A DNA stretch of 63,533 nt, the filler included, from Octopus bimaculoides (lineage: Eukaryota), in NCBI RefSeq assembly GCF_001194135.2. It is 7 parts of 7 records of this genome, joined end to end, with 100 filler letters (N's around TTAATTAATTAA, not from the genome) between each part and the next. Parts side by side here need not be neighbours in the genome. Positions count along the whole stretch, not along the records: positions 11,160 to 28,761 come from NC_068989.1; positions 28,862 to 48,626 come from NC_069004.1; 5 more parts are not named here. One strand, given 5' to 3'. The translations under genes were made by a program, and so were the position numbers. Below are positions 26,867 to 39,704 of this stretch, piece by piece; positions within the stretch are counted from its first letter, which is position 1, and each line of letters starts with the position of its first letter. Under the pieces are notes generated by a model. That model ran no database searches. It had not been told where the DNA came from and was given only the letters and a program-made list of their open reading frames with translations.

Positions 26867-27676
26867 ATAAAGTAAAGTTGTGGAATACCGTACGAGTGGA
26901 AATATATATGAAAGAAGGTTTGAAAATGCACTTATTTTAAAGATATTTATTTACTTAACCGGTTTCACTTTTTTAGAAAAAGATTATCANNNNNNNNNNN
27001 NNNNNNNNNNNNNNNNNNNNNNNNNNNNNNNNNNNNNNNNNNNNNNNNNNNNNNNNNNNNNNNNNNNNNNNNNNNNNNNNNNNNNNNNNNNNNNNNNNNN
27101 NNNNNNNNNNNNNNNNNNNNNNNNNNNNNNNNNNNNNNNNNNNNNNNNNNNNNNNNNNNNNNNNNNNNNNNNNNNNNNNNNNNNNNNNNNNNNNNNNNNN
27201 NNNNNNNNNNNNNNNNNNNNNNNNNNNNNNNNNNNNNNNNNNNNNNNNNNNNNNNNNNNNNNNNNNNNNNNNNNNNNNNNNNNNNNNNNNNNNNNNNNNN
27301 NNNNNNNNNNNNNNNNNNNNNNNNNNNNNNNNNNNNNNNNNNNNNNNNNNNNNNNNNNNNNNNNNNNNNNNNNNNNNNNNNNNNNNNNNNNNNNNNNNNN
27401 NNNNNNNNNNNNNNNNNNNNNNNNNNNNNNNNNNNNNNNNNNNNNNNNNNNNNNNNNNNNNNNNNNNNNNNNNNNNNNNNNNNNNNNNNNNNNNNNNNNN
27501 NNNNNNNNNNNNNNNNNNNNNNNNNNNNNNNNNNNNNNNNNNNNNNNNNNNNNNNNNNNNNNNNNNNNNNNNNNNNNNNNNNNNNNNNNNNNNNNNNNNN
27601 NNNNNNNNNNNNNNNNNNNNNNNNNNNNNNNNNNNNNNNNNNNNNNNNNNNNNNNNNNNNNNNNNNNNNNNNNNNN

Positions 27677-27731
<55 letters not shown>

Positions 27732-28091
27732 ATAAATATTTCATAGTTATACTGAAATCGCATTGTTTCTGTATACAAAGGGGATTACCAAGTTACCAAG
27801 AGAGCTCAATAAAAGTGAAAAGAATCATATTTTGAACGGTAATAGATAAAGCGATATATAAGTACAGCCAATTTGAAGAGATACTTGAAAACATAATTAA
27901 GCCACATATTGAAATAAATATGTATATAATATATTCTGTGTCCGGATACATAGTGTATTTGGCAATCATATTCTCATACAACACTGCAATCACGTGATCC
28001 TTTCGTCAGCGGGACTGCAAAGTGAATTGTAAATGAGGTTTGCTGTTTATATTCTTCACTGTAGCACAGGAATCACTCTGTGTGTGTTTGT

Positions 28092-28173
<82 letters not shown>

Positions 28174-28861
28174 TTTCGCACCCACGTGTGTTTGTGTCAG
28201 CGTGTGTATTTACTGATACAAAAATCCACCAGTAATCGTCATATAATGGGCGAACTGATGCAATATAAATCTGAATATGCAAATAGATGGTCGTTTACTT
28301 ATGCACATATGTGAACAACGACACAGAAACACAGGCACACACAAACACACACACACAGATATACATACACGCACGCAAATACGAATGTGTTTTCTGTCCG
28401 TGTGGACAAATGTCTAAATAAGCAGTTAAAATATATTTAGATTTCTGGAATAAATGAATAATTTCAAATGTCAAACCATAAATATATTTCAGTCGACTGT
28501 ATTCCTGGCTGTAGAAAACGATCGGATGAGGAACTGCAAGTAGGGTGAAAGGGCAGATAACTGTGATTTCATAAATCTATTTAATAAATAGCCTTCATGT
28601 GGTTTTCACTCTTTGATGTTATTAACGTACGTTAAAGCTATCATTTTCCAAACAAAAGTGTAAGCTGTTTCTTGTGAAGTACGTTTCCTTTTGTCAAATA
28701 AGACTTTTATGTAAATGAAGTAAATGGTAATTGTGGTACTGATAGACTATAAATTAATCTTNNNNNNNNNNNNNNNNNNNNNNNNNNNNNNNNNNNNNNN
28801 NNNNNTTAATTAATTAANNNNNNNNNNNNNNNNNNNNNNNNNNNNNNNNNNNNNNNNNNNN

Positions 28862-29296
28862 ATGTGTCACCCGCACATGAGCCAATCCAGGTTTACTGGC
28901 AATGATCCGGCGCGAAAGATATCATGTGTCGCCTGCACATGAGCCAGTCCAGAGGCACTGGCAATGATCCCGCTCGAAACATTTCATGTGTCACCCGCAC
29001 AAGGGCCACTCCAGGGGCACTGGCAACGATCTCACTCAAAAAATATCATGTGTCGCTCGCACATGAGCCAATCCAGGTTTACTGGCAATGATCCGGCGCG
29101 AAAGACTCCATGTGTCGCCTGCACATGAGCCAGTCCAGGGGCACTTGCAACAATCCCGCCCCAAAGATTCCACGTGTCGCCAGCTCAGGGGCACCGACAA
29201 CGATCTCGCTCGATAAACCTCATGTGTCACCCGCACACAAGAGCCAGCCCAGGGGCACCGGCAACTATCTCGCTCGAAAGATTTCATGTGTCGCCC
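28862..29296. repeat. GC-rich 62-bp minisatellite (7 units plus a partial), gap on both sides
   Basis: Units start a(t/c)gtgtc at 28862, 28924, 28986, 29048, 29110, 29172, 29222, 29286 (periods 62,62,62,62,62,50,64). Confidence 0.92.
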
Positions 29297-29396
29297 NNNN
29301 NNNNNNNNNNNNNNNNNNNNNNNNNNNNNNNNNNNNNNNNNNNNNNNNNNNNNNNNNNNNNNNNNNNNNNNNNNNNNNNNNNNNNNNNNNNNNNNN

Positions 29397-29436
<40 letters not shown>

Positions 29437-29469
29437 TGTTGGAAATTTAACCTTATTCCTTCATACTGA

Positions 29470-30680
29470 AGGAAGGTGATTGAGTAGCCATTGAGGAAGA
29501 GAGGTGTACTAGAGTTAATAGTGAGGGCAGTAATGAGTTTGTATGAGGGGGTAAAGACAAGAGTTAGAATTGGAACAGAATTGTTGGAGAAGTTTGCAGT
29601 GAAAGTTGGTGTGCATCAGGGATCTGTGTTGTCACCATTCTTGTTTGCAGCAGTGGTTGATGTGGTGATGGACAGTGCAAGAGAGGGACTGCTAATGGAG
29701 ATACTGTATGCAGATGACCTTGTTCTGATGAGTGAGACGATGGAAGAATTGAGGGAGAAGTTTTGGAAATGGAAGGAGGTGTTTGAAAGCAAGGGTTTGA
29801 AGGTAAACCTCAGGAAGACAAAAGTGATGGTGAGTGGGGTGGAAGGAGAAGTGTTAGTGAGCAAGGTGGATCCATGTGGGAGGAGGGTAACGGCAAATGC
29901 AGTGTTGTGTATAAGGTGTGAGAAATGGATTCATGGTAGATGTACAAAACTAAAGAAGGTGACCCCAAGACTGACAAGAGAGTTTGTTTGTGGAAGATGT
30001 GAGAAAGGAGCTGGAGGGCTGGCAGAACCAGTGGAAAATGCTATGCGATAAGGTGGAAATGGTGAAAGTGTTTTGTTATTTAGGAGATAGGGTGGATTTA
30101 AGTGGTGAATGTGAAGCAGCTGTGACAGCAAGAGCGAGACCTAGGCTGGATGAAGTGCAGGGAATGTAGAGTGTTGTTATATGGGAGAAGATTCTCATTG
30201 AAGATGAAAGGAAGGGTCTATAGGAGTTGCATGAGAACTGCAGTGCTGTATGGGAGTGAGACATGGTGTCTGAGAGGGAGAGAGATGGTAATTTTGAGAA
30301 GGACTGAGAGAGCAATGGTGAGAGAAATGTGTGGAGTGAAGCTGTTTGATAATAGGACTGAGGACCTGATGGGGATGCTGGGGTTGGAAGAATCGGTAGA
30401 ACAGCTGGCAAGGGCGAACGGAGTGTGGTGGTATGGGCATGTGTTGAGGAGGGATGAGGAGCACGTTCTGAGGAGGGTGATTGTGGTTGAGGTGAATGGA
30501 CTGAGAAAGCGAGGGAGACCAAGGAGAACATGGAGGGGACAAGTGGAGGAGGAGATTGGGAGGATGCCCAAAACAGGGCAAAATGGTAAGATGGTGTGAG
30601 GGCAGTTGCTATGGCATTGAGGTAGATCCAGCCAGCCCTGTTTACGGGGACAAAACCCGGATTTAAAATACTGGATACTG
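29470..30680 (+). mobile_element. 5'-truncated RTE-clade LINE: RT with internal PHD-like finger, C-terminus, 3' UTR; frameshifted
   Basis: GVHQGSVLSP, YADDLVL, GLKVNLRKTKVM, CIRC..WIHGRC..CGRC; then VYRSCMRTAVLYGSETW, WYGHVLRR, RKRGRPRRTW. Confidence 0.9.
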
Positions 30681-30734
30681 ACATCTCTCATTTGATATCT
30701 GCCTGGATTTTTTAATCCCATTTTTTCTTCTATA

Positions 30735-30787
<53 letters not shown>

Positions 30788-30830
30788 AAAAAGACAAAGT
30801 AGAAAATGCTAGAATACTTTTATAAAGAAC

Positions 30831-30873
30831 ATTACAGAACCGGTTTCGATCCTTGATATCTTTTCAACAGTAA
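30831..30873 (-). ncRNA. Minimal type-I hammerhead-like motif with compensated U3-A8 core
   Basis: Minus strand ttactg-TTGAAAA-gatatcaaggatc-GAAA-ccg-GTT^ctgtaa. Helix I has 5 of 6 pairs, helix II gat/atc, palindromic helix III ACCGGT. Confidence 0.6.
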
Positions 30874-33044
30874 ATATGAATAATAGATTTTTGAAAAATT
30901 ATTGAAAAATTAAATTTTGGTAAATTTAAAAGAAAAGTCTTTTTAAAGACATATTTGTATAGTATTCAAATAACAGTGGCATTTTTCTTGTTTCTGCCTG
31001 TCTCTGTTTCACTTGTTAACTCTTGTAGGTTCGAAGAAGGAGTGCTATGATAGCAGCAGTGTTAATTGGTTGGGTGTCCTGACAACAGGTCATGGGAATT
31101 ATTTTTCTTTTTTTATTTTTCAACCTATTAGAGTTACTTCTCTTTTATTTAATGGTTTTTCATAATGTCTGTTGCTGTTAATAACTGACGAGAATGTATT
31201 GTAGCTCTTTGCTCAAATATCCAAAACTCCAAGTACTATAATGACAATCCTTTACTGTTGGTTCTAAATATGCCATGATGGGGTATCACCTTTAAAAATT
31301 TAGTTGATCATATTGACTTCAGTACGTATTTCAATCTGGCATTTATTTTATAGAACTCTATTTGATGAACTGCTAACTTTGAGACATAGTGGGACACAAT
31401 ACTCAATTTAATAACAAATATAAACACACACATACATATTAGGTGCAAGAACGAATGTATAGTTGAGAAGTTTGCTTCCCAACCACATGGTTTCACATTC
31501 AGTCTCTCTGCATGGTACCTTGAGCAAGTGTTTTCTACTATAGCCCTAGGCCAACCACAGACTTGTGACTGAATTTGGTAGACAGAAACTGCAGCATTGT
31601 TCATCAGAAAATGACCAAAAAACATGTTTATAACGAAGAGTTGATTTATGCGTTCGCCACCACAACCTCGTTTAGGCTTAACAGCCACTCTTGTTTGTTT
31701 TCACTGTTCTGTTTGTGTTACCAATTTTGACCCTCCAAAAAATCCTAAACTTTATTTGATTTGCTTTGCGGGAGCAAATGTTTTATCAAAAGCATATCTT
31801 GTTGTTAAATGCTTGAAATACAAGAGTAGAAAAACAGCCAACAACTGATGAAGGATGGTTTTCTGTGTTGTTTGTCTTGTTTTCTATTTGTGTCTTTCGT
31901 TGTTCGAAAAAATAGTTCATATTCCATATACTCGTACTTCGTATTGTTTGTTGTATACGTTTAGTGACGTCCTGTGTCCACATATGCATATATTCAGTTT
32001 CCCTCTACCAAATCCACTCAAGACTTTAGTTGGCCTGGGGCTACAGTAGAAGACATTTACTCCAGGTGCCATGCAGTGGAAGTGAACCCGGAACCATGTG
32101 GTTGGGAAGCAACCTACTTACCACACAGCCACTCCCGCACTTATGACTTAGCTGTAGACCAAAAGCGAGATGGCTTTATAATATCCATAGTTGCAGCATG
32201 TCACACTTGGGAATCAAGCCAGAAAGTCTAATGATGGTTGCTTCTGATGGGAACATCTGAAGGAGATGCCCAACGACTCTACCTCTACAATCCTCCCACA
32301 AATAGTGGGCAAAGATGAATGGATTACACACATGCTCCCATATGCACACACAGGCTCACATAATCTTAAGCTCACCACACATGCGCTCACCCCCATTCAC
32401 ACATACACACTCACATGCACTATTCTTATATAAACACGTGCTTGTGCACTCCAGTTCAGCCGGATCACTGTTATCTCCCCTTCACTCAGCCTCTTTCTTC
32501 TGGGCATTTCATCATGTTAGACTGTTAATCCTAACTCGTTTTTTCTCTCCATTTTTTTCCTTTTCATCCCTTTCTGTGGAAGAGCATGGGCTCAAAACAT
32601 CAAAGACTTTTCCATTCTTCCTTCCTGAGCATCAAACTAATACACCTGTTTGTTGTTTCCTCACCATTCTTTGTCTTTTGTTTTGTATACATTTGAAATA
32701 TACACACACACACACATACAGATATATATATTATATATATGTATATATGCGTTTGTATATACATATATACATGTGCACATGTATATATGTGTTTGTGTGT
32801 AGTATTATTTATGGAGAGCAGTGAACCCAAAACTATGTAGAGAACTAGATGCAATTCAGCATAGTAATTGATATAATGTTCCAATAAAATGCCAACAGCA
32901 ATGAGTCTACACTTATTTCTCTCCTTTAACTCTTTTGATACCAATCTGGCTGAAAAACACAGAGTATCTCAACAGAAAAATGGTAAAAGATTTTCAATCA
33001 ATCAAGAGATATATGTGTTTTTTTTCCTTTTTTTCTATTTGCAG

Positions 33045-33147
33045 GCTTTAGATCCAGCTGTATCCAGTACACAGGTGCTGAACTTAAGTAGTTCTGCATC
33101 TCTGTTAATAAAAATAAATGGAAATGAGGAGACTAATGAAACTACAG
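33045..33147 (+). CDS. SLC20A: Probable SLC20/PiT exon, large cytoplasmic loop
   Basis: ttttctatttgcag|GCT...ACA G|gtatat; open only in phase 0 (ALDPAVSSTQVLNLSSSASLLIKINGNEETNETT); end phase 1 matches the next exon. No homology motif. Confidence 0.6.
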
Positions 33148-34560
33148 GTATATTGCATTTTAAAAATTCTTTTTATCCCTTTGCTTTATTTTTGTTTTAT
33201 ATTAATATTGTCATCATCATCATCGTCATCACCACCACCATGGCAGTGACAGAATTATTAGAGCTTAGCCAAAATGCCTTGTGGTATTAGTCACAGCCCT
33301 TGATATTCTGAGTTGAAATTTCACTGAAGTTGGTTGGCTCTACTTTTCACACATCTACATTAAAAGACCACTCAAGTATTTGGCCTGATTTAATCAACTA
33401 TCATCCTCCACAAAATGTAAGGCTTTACACCAGTGTCAGAAATTATTGGTGGATTGGCAGGCTCGGTAGAGCATCAGAAAAATCCCTTGTGGTATGTCTT
33501 CTGGCTCTTTAAGTTCAGAGTTCAAATCTTACCAAGGTCAGCTTTGCCTTTCATCCTTTCAGAATCAATAAAAATATAGTGTCAGTGAAGTACTGGGGTC
33601 AGTTTAATCAACTAATCTCCTTCTTCTGAAATTGCTGGCATTGTGTCAAAATTTAATGAAGAAGTGGGCAAGCTGGCAAATCTTTAACACACCAAACAAA
33701 ATGCTTAGTGCCATTTCTTCCAGTTTTACATTCTGCATTCAAATGCTGTCGAGGTTAACTTGCTGATCTTGTGCCAAAATTTGAAATCATCATCATTATC
33801 ATTAGTTTTATTTTTGTTGTTATATATCTTGTGTTTTTATTGAGTCTCTTTCATTGAAAATATTCTAACTGTAAATCCTAGGTCCAGAATTTAATAAGTC
33901 AACAGTCCCAATGATATTATAAGGTCTGTTGGCAGCTTTTGAAATGTCTGCTAGAATTATTAACTCTCATTCTCTAAATGTTGGCAGCACTGTGTAGTTG
34001 TTGTACATATATAGTTTCATATTTTAGGAGAGGGATTAAACTGATTACATTGATCCTAGTGCTCAACTGGCACCTATTTCATTAATCCTGAAAGGATGAA
34101 ATACAAAGTCAGCCTTTATAGAATTTGAACTTAATAAACCAAAATGAATACTACTAAGCATTTTGCCCAATTCACTGACAATTCTGCCCTGTCTTTTTAC
34201 CAAAATTTCTATTTACCAAATTACACTCACATGTTATTGGCCGGAGCAAGATGCCACACAGTGAGATGATGGAGCCTATAACTATGTGCTTGTGAAGCAA
34301 ATTTCCTTACAACTCAACTGTGTCTGCTATCTTCTGTTTGTATATACATGTATTTGTGTGTATCCTCTGTTGGTACATGTACCTGTTTGTGTGGTTATAG
34401 AAAACCCCTAGAATTATCCAACACATACACATATCTACATGAGGTGTCAGTTCCTTTGTGTATTTGTATATGTGTAGAAGTAGTTGGATCTAATCTTTCT
34501 TAAATTGTCCTCTGTCCTCACTTCCCTCCTCTCATTATTGCATCATTTTATCCATTTCAG

Positions 34561-34610
34561 ATTCCCGTTCATCTAAAAGATCCAGAACATTGTCAACTAG
34601 TGAAGTGGAG
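34561..34610 (+). CDS. SLC20A: Probable SLC20/PiT exon, cytoplasmic loop
   Basis: ttttatccatttcag|AT TCC...GAG|gtaatt gives (D)SRSSKRSRTLSTSEVE; phase 1 in and phase 0 out, joining 33147 to 42326 in frame. Confidence 0.65.
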
Positions 34611-35999
34611 GTAATTATCTCATTGTTTTCTGTAAATTGCAATGAATATGATGCAGTTTAGTGAATCAGAACACCAGGAAACTGGATCAAAACTCAGACC
34701 AGTGTTGTGGAGTGATGTCCTCAATTTTGTTTTATGGGTTGAGAATGGATTGTTGTTAGTTTTTAATCTCAGGTTGGCCCCAATTGAACAGACTAGACCT
34801 ATGATGATGATTTTTCAGCTGTGATTATCCTGAATTTTTCCCAATATAGTGTATCTAAGATACGTAATTTTGGGCTAGTATCTTCTATTACAGCTCCAGG
34901 CCAACCATAGCCTTGTGAGTGGATTTGGTAGCCAGAAACTGAAAGAGTCCCATAGCATGCATATATACAGCATAACAACCATTTTGGTCAGTCCAATACT
35001 TGGACATGTATAATTACTGCTCATATGAAGGCAACATACCAAATTTTGGAAAAGAAGTGCTTTAAACATTACATATATTCCAGCATCTATTATAATGATA
35101 AGCTTGTTTGTAAGTTTGTCCAAAATAACACAATAAGGGAGTAGCAGTGTAAGTAAGAGTATAAAAAGAGAAGACACAAAATAGTAATAACAATGAGAGA
35201 GGGAGTGGTATCAAACAGTGTCTCTCACTCTTTCTCTTAACAAAAACCTTTTTACTTCATTAATGAACACTGTCTCTCTCTTTCTCTCATGCTTTCTCTC
35301 TATCTATCTACAGACGCACACACACTCATTCTCTCTCTTTTTCACTCACTCTCTCTCAACAACAACATTTTCATTTTTATTCGATGAACGCTGATTTTTC
35401 TCTGGTAATAACAATAAGTAAATAAGGTTTTTGCACCTCAAATTTATTTTTTCTCTATCTCTATGGATATTTGACTGTTCTGGAAGATTTTTCTGCTTAA
35501 AAAGTTGCAAAGTTAATAGAATATAAGATAAGTAAATAAGTAGCAACTGTTAAGTCATAAAATTAAAATATTGTCTATTGAAAGAAAGCTTGATAATATT
35601 GTCTGTTTAAAGAAAGCTAAATATAAAAGGAAGGTAATTAGAAATATTTACAAATACTTGCCAATACAGTGATGTTTGTAAATATTTATGAATGAAGAAT
35701 TTTGCCAAGATGGTGAAGTTTGTCTTCAAGGTCTTTTCCCGTTTCAGGTGATAAAGAGAGTGAGAGAAACAGAGACAGACAGACATGTAGACGTTGGTGG
35801 AAAAAAAAAAGTTTCTGTGTGTATGCCATTAATGTAATCCTGTGTAATTTTGGACTTTATATGGTTATGTATAGAAAAATAAACAAACTAACATGTACAC
35901 ACACACACAAATATACTCATTTGTTTTGAAGCTTGTGTTCTGTTGTATTAAATATACTCATCCACCTGCTATGGAGAATGAATCAGACGGAAGGTGACT

Positions 36000-36430
36000 G
36001 TTAGCCAGAGAGAGACAAAGGCGAAGAACAGCCAGTCTCATTCAGGAAGAACTGGGCACAAGAAGATTAAACAATACATTAAGGTTATTAAGTCAATGAC
36101 AAGAAGTGAGACAAGAGAGACGAGCGCAAGACGCGAGAAGATATTCTCGAAGATGTCAAAATGAAAAGGAGCACCTAATTGCACAAAGGAGAGATATCCA
36201 AAGAGAGAGAGAGCAGCACAAAAGCACCAAGATGAAACAGAAGAGCAAGCAGCAGAGCGGAGAGAAGATCTAAATGAAAGCATGGCAAAGGCAACAAGAT
36301 GAAACAGAAGAGGAAGCAGCACAAAGGAGAGAAATCGAAAGAGAGAGAATATCGAGGAGAAGAATGGAAGAATTAATACTGAAGCAGACCATCCAAAACA
36401 AGGTGAACTCATTGCTGGTAGGGTTTCCAC
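36000..36430 (+). mobile_element. Decayed coding-like stretch with QDETEE.AA.RRE repeats, possibly a Helitron N-terminal repeat region
   Basis: caagatgaaacagaagag..agcagca.ag.ggagaga occurs twice (~36228, ~36295); purine-rich and broken by stops. Family assignment is inference. Confidence 0.3.
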
Positions 36431-39262
36431 TAGAAACGTGGGGTTGAAGCAATTACTGAGATAAAGGTTGTAATGTTTTTATTTTAATTTTATTTCCTGT
36501 ATCATTTTCGTGCTGTCATTTCTGATGGCACAGGTACACTAGTATCTGTATAAATGATACATACATCTTGACATATCTATGTAAATACAATGTTGTAATG
36601 ATACACACATAAAGAAACAAGTCCAGTAACATTTCAAAACAGTTTACAAAAAAGACAAACACAACTCAATATGTACGTTTAAGTACAACTGTAGAATTAA
36701 AAACAACCTGAAAGGAAAGATTACTCAAGCTGCGAATGACTTTAAATTTAATTCTGACAAAACTTTGTTGAAACTTTTAAAGATCATTGTGTATTTTGAA
36801 AAACAAATACCAGTGAATCGATAAAATCATTATGGCTAAATGTACAAGTCTCCTTTCACCAAATCATGACTACAGTCATTATATGCAATGGACCTGCAAA
36901 CTTAACAAAGATTCATATGAAGCATATATACAATCTAACCCCCAGATGCAAAGACTAAAAAATTTGTAGAAATCCAAACACCCGGAATTAGATTTTCCCC
37001 AAAACATTTAAATGAACAAGCAAAATGTATCACTAGATGTAAATTGATACATCTAATGGAAATATCTGATTCAAATCAGACTGGCACTATAAAGCCAGTC
37101 ATTGAAAATAATCATCCCATTTCCAGTGATAGACAGATGGAATGGTCAGCTAAATCTAACAGTAAACAACATACCATCAATGTAACTGAAATCCATAACT
37201 AAGCTGTACAAACAGAAGAACAACAAAAACTTGTGAAAGTTACCTGGGATGGTATGTTTCAATAGGTCCACAACCTTAATTTGAATGATTGGCCATACAG
37301 CACCATTATAAGTAATGAGCCTGGTAAATTAGAATTAGCAGAAGTAAACAAAATAGCAAACAAATATTTGAAGACCATACAGTCTAGAGTTATGAAAACA
37401 ACCTATGAAACCATTAGTCTTTTGATACATGTCTCAAATATTATATTTGACACCAAAGATAAAAAGGAAGAAAATGAGAAATGTATGAACAACCACAGTC
37501 CCAACACTTCCCCCAAAGCAGCAAATGTAGAAGCAGAAAAAGAAGAAACCAGACGAAAGCCAAGTGAAAACGGTTCTAAAATAAAAACACAGATCAAATC
37601 CTCTCAGAGAAAAAGGTCTATCTGTAAGTTCCACAAAAATGGTGTCTGCTAGCATGGAGGAAGTGGGACAAACTGCCGCTTTGCGCACCCAGTGAATCCA
37701 CCACTCACCCAATCAATGAAACAACCATAATTGGAAAAATCTATATCCCAGTACAAAACTGCAGAAAAGAAGGCCAGATAGAAGTCATATGCAGATATAG
37801 TACAAGCTGCAGCGGTTGAGCAGCAACATTTTTTTAAGTGTGGCACAGGAAATAGTGCAACTGTTGTCATGGCTACAGACAAAGCTGAGCAGACATGACC
37901 GCCACAATTGATGGACCCCAGTTGGCCACCAAGCCACCCATCACACCAACACCAACACCATTTCTACAAATAAGTATAAGAGGCCTGCTACAGAAAAACA
38001 GCAAATGCAAAATTGCACACCTGAAGAATCTTTCTACATGTAATCAAGTTGTATGCATTGCACTTACAGAAACACATCTATTTGCAGACATAAACGAAGC
38101 AGAGAGCAGAGATACACATACCAATGTATTCTATTTTCTATACAGACAGAAGAAAAAGAAGTCACAGTGGAGCTGCAATGTTTATCCAAGAACACCATTA
38201 ACCCTGTTATCGAACTTGAACTCAGTGTGTGACACACTCATAGTACATTTAAAGCAACTTGATATAATGGTATGCACACTATATCACTCACCTGATGCCT
38301 CAAATAATGATGGAAAATTTGAGGAAAGCCTCAGTGCAATAAAGGAAGTACTAACACAATTGGATCAATATACTACTATATTCCTGATGTGTAACTTCAA
38401 CTTCCCTAACATCAAGTGGCCTAAAACAAAATAACCCCAGGAATGATGCACAAAGAGCGCAATCAAGCAGAATCTCTACTTGATCTTACGAAAATGCTAT
38501 TTATGGAGTAAATCATACTCTCTCCAACTAGGCACAAAAATATCCTGGACCTCTGCTTTACAAACAATGTGGAAATTATCCACTAAGTAAATATAACACC
38601 GACAATTTTCTCAGACCATAACATGATATAACTGACTATATGGCTCGGAATTACCTAAAGATTAACTCTGCACAGATGGCGCTCAAACCCTATCCAGCCT
38701 AAATTTCTATAAGGCTGACTGGAAGTCACTTGAAAAACAGATACTCTAGCAGGACTGGCTTAAAAGCCTCTCTATGCAAGACATAGATATGAAACTCAAT
38801 AAATTCATGTCACTAATGCGAGCCATATGCATTAAATATGTCCCAGAGAAGGGAGCCAATACACACAAAAACATCATTCCCTGAGACAGGAGAATACTCA
38901 TGTGGCAGAGAATAAAGATCTCGAATTGTTTAAACAGACACCTCAATGACCGTGTGAAATCACACCTGACAGAGGAACTCTTCGAGATTGAAAATAAATT
39001 CAAAATCTCCCATGAAAAAGAAAGAGAAACCTGCGCAATTGAAAATATAAAAAGAAATCCTAAAGCCTTCTACATGTTGGCAAAGTAGTCTGCTTCAGTA
39101 TGCTATAAGATAGGGCCACTATTTGGTAAAATCGGCTCACTAACTGCATACCTGAGGAAGATAAGTGAAGCACTAAATAAACAATTCCGAAGTGTTTTCA
39201 ATGTAATGAATCTATTCGGAAAAGAAACAACCATCAATTACATCAATATATCAGAAGAGGAT
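36430..39262 (+). mobile_element. Decayed CR1/L2-group LINE 5' half: ORF1-like region with CCCH finger, then APE endonuclease
   Basis: CKFHKNGVC*HGGSGTNCRFAHP (CCCH); IRGL...CIALTETHL...CTLYHSP...CNFNFPNIKW...ILDLCFTNN...SDHNMI (APE motifs); many stops and frameshifts; inside the PiT intron. Confidence 0.8.
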
Positions 39263-39704
39263 GTGAATGACCAAATCCAAGCTTTTCTGCTAGTTCCTCA
39301 ACACTTACGATGGGATTTTGTTTCACCAGAGTTTGCAGGATGTCCTCGTCAAGCTCTGCAGATCTTCCCGGACAAGGTTCCTCTTCTAGGCTGTTGATTC
39401 TGGCTTGGAATTTCTGGAAATGCCATTCACACTGGCTTACGCTTATTGTTTGATCCCCATACACTGCACTTTCCATTGCATTGTTGCTTTATTGAACTCA
39501 TAAAGCAAAATATGCTGAATCAGCACCTTTGTCACTTCCATGATAGCTTTGAAAAAATAACTGTTAAAATCGAACTAAGAATAAGTACTATGGTAAAATT
39601 ACTACCTGCTTTTATAGAAAGTTGATGCAAGTAGTTTATCCTGTCCCCTTCTGATGTTAAGTTCATGCAATTGAAAAAACCACATTATTTATAGGATAAC
39701 CTAA
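39262..39704 (-). mobile_element. Mariner transposon 5' fragment abutting the truncated end of the LINE
   Basis: QCEWHFQKFQARINSLEEEPCPGRSAELDEDILQTLVKQNPIVSVEELAEKLGFGHS (mariner HTH region); end tattaggttatcctataaataa resembles a mariner TIR beside TA. Confidence 0.75.

Noticed and set aside
28862-29296. CRISPR array
   Set aside because: Whole units are homologous with no unique spacers; eukaryotic context and no cas genes.
31029-31088. Candidate 60-nt SLC20 exon (SKKECYDSSSVNWLGVLTT)
   Set aside because: Good acceptor but weak donor; it is phase 1/1 whereas the next exon needs phase 0, and it has no PiT similarity.
31845-31915. Further CTGATGA...GAAA matches (31845, 42840, 12700 minus, 54450 minus)
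   Set aside because: Helix I, II or III cannot be paired, or the cleavage triplet is invalid; treated as chance.
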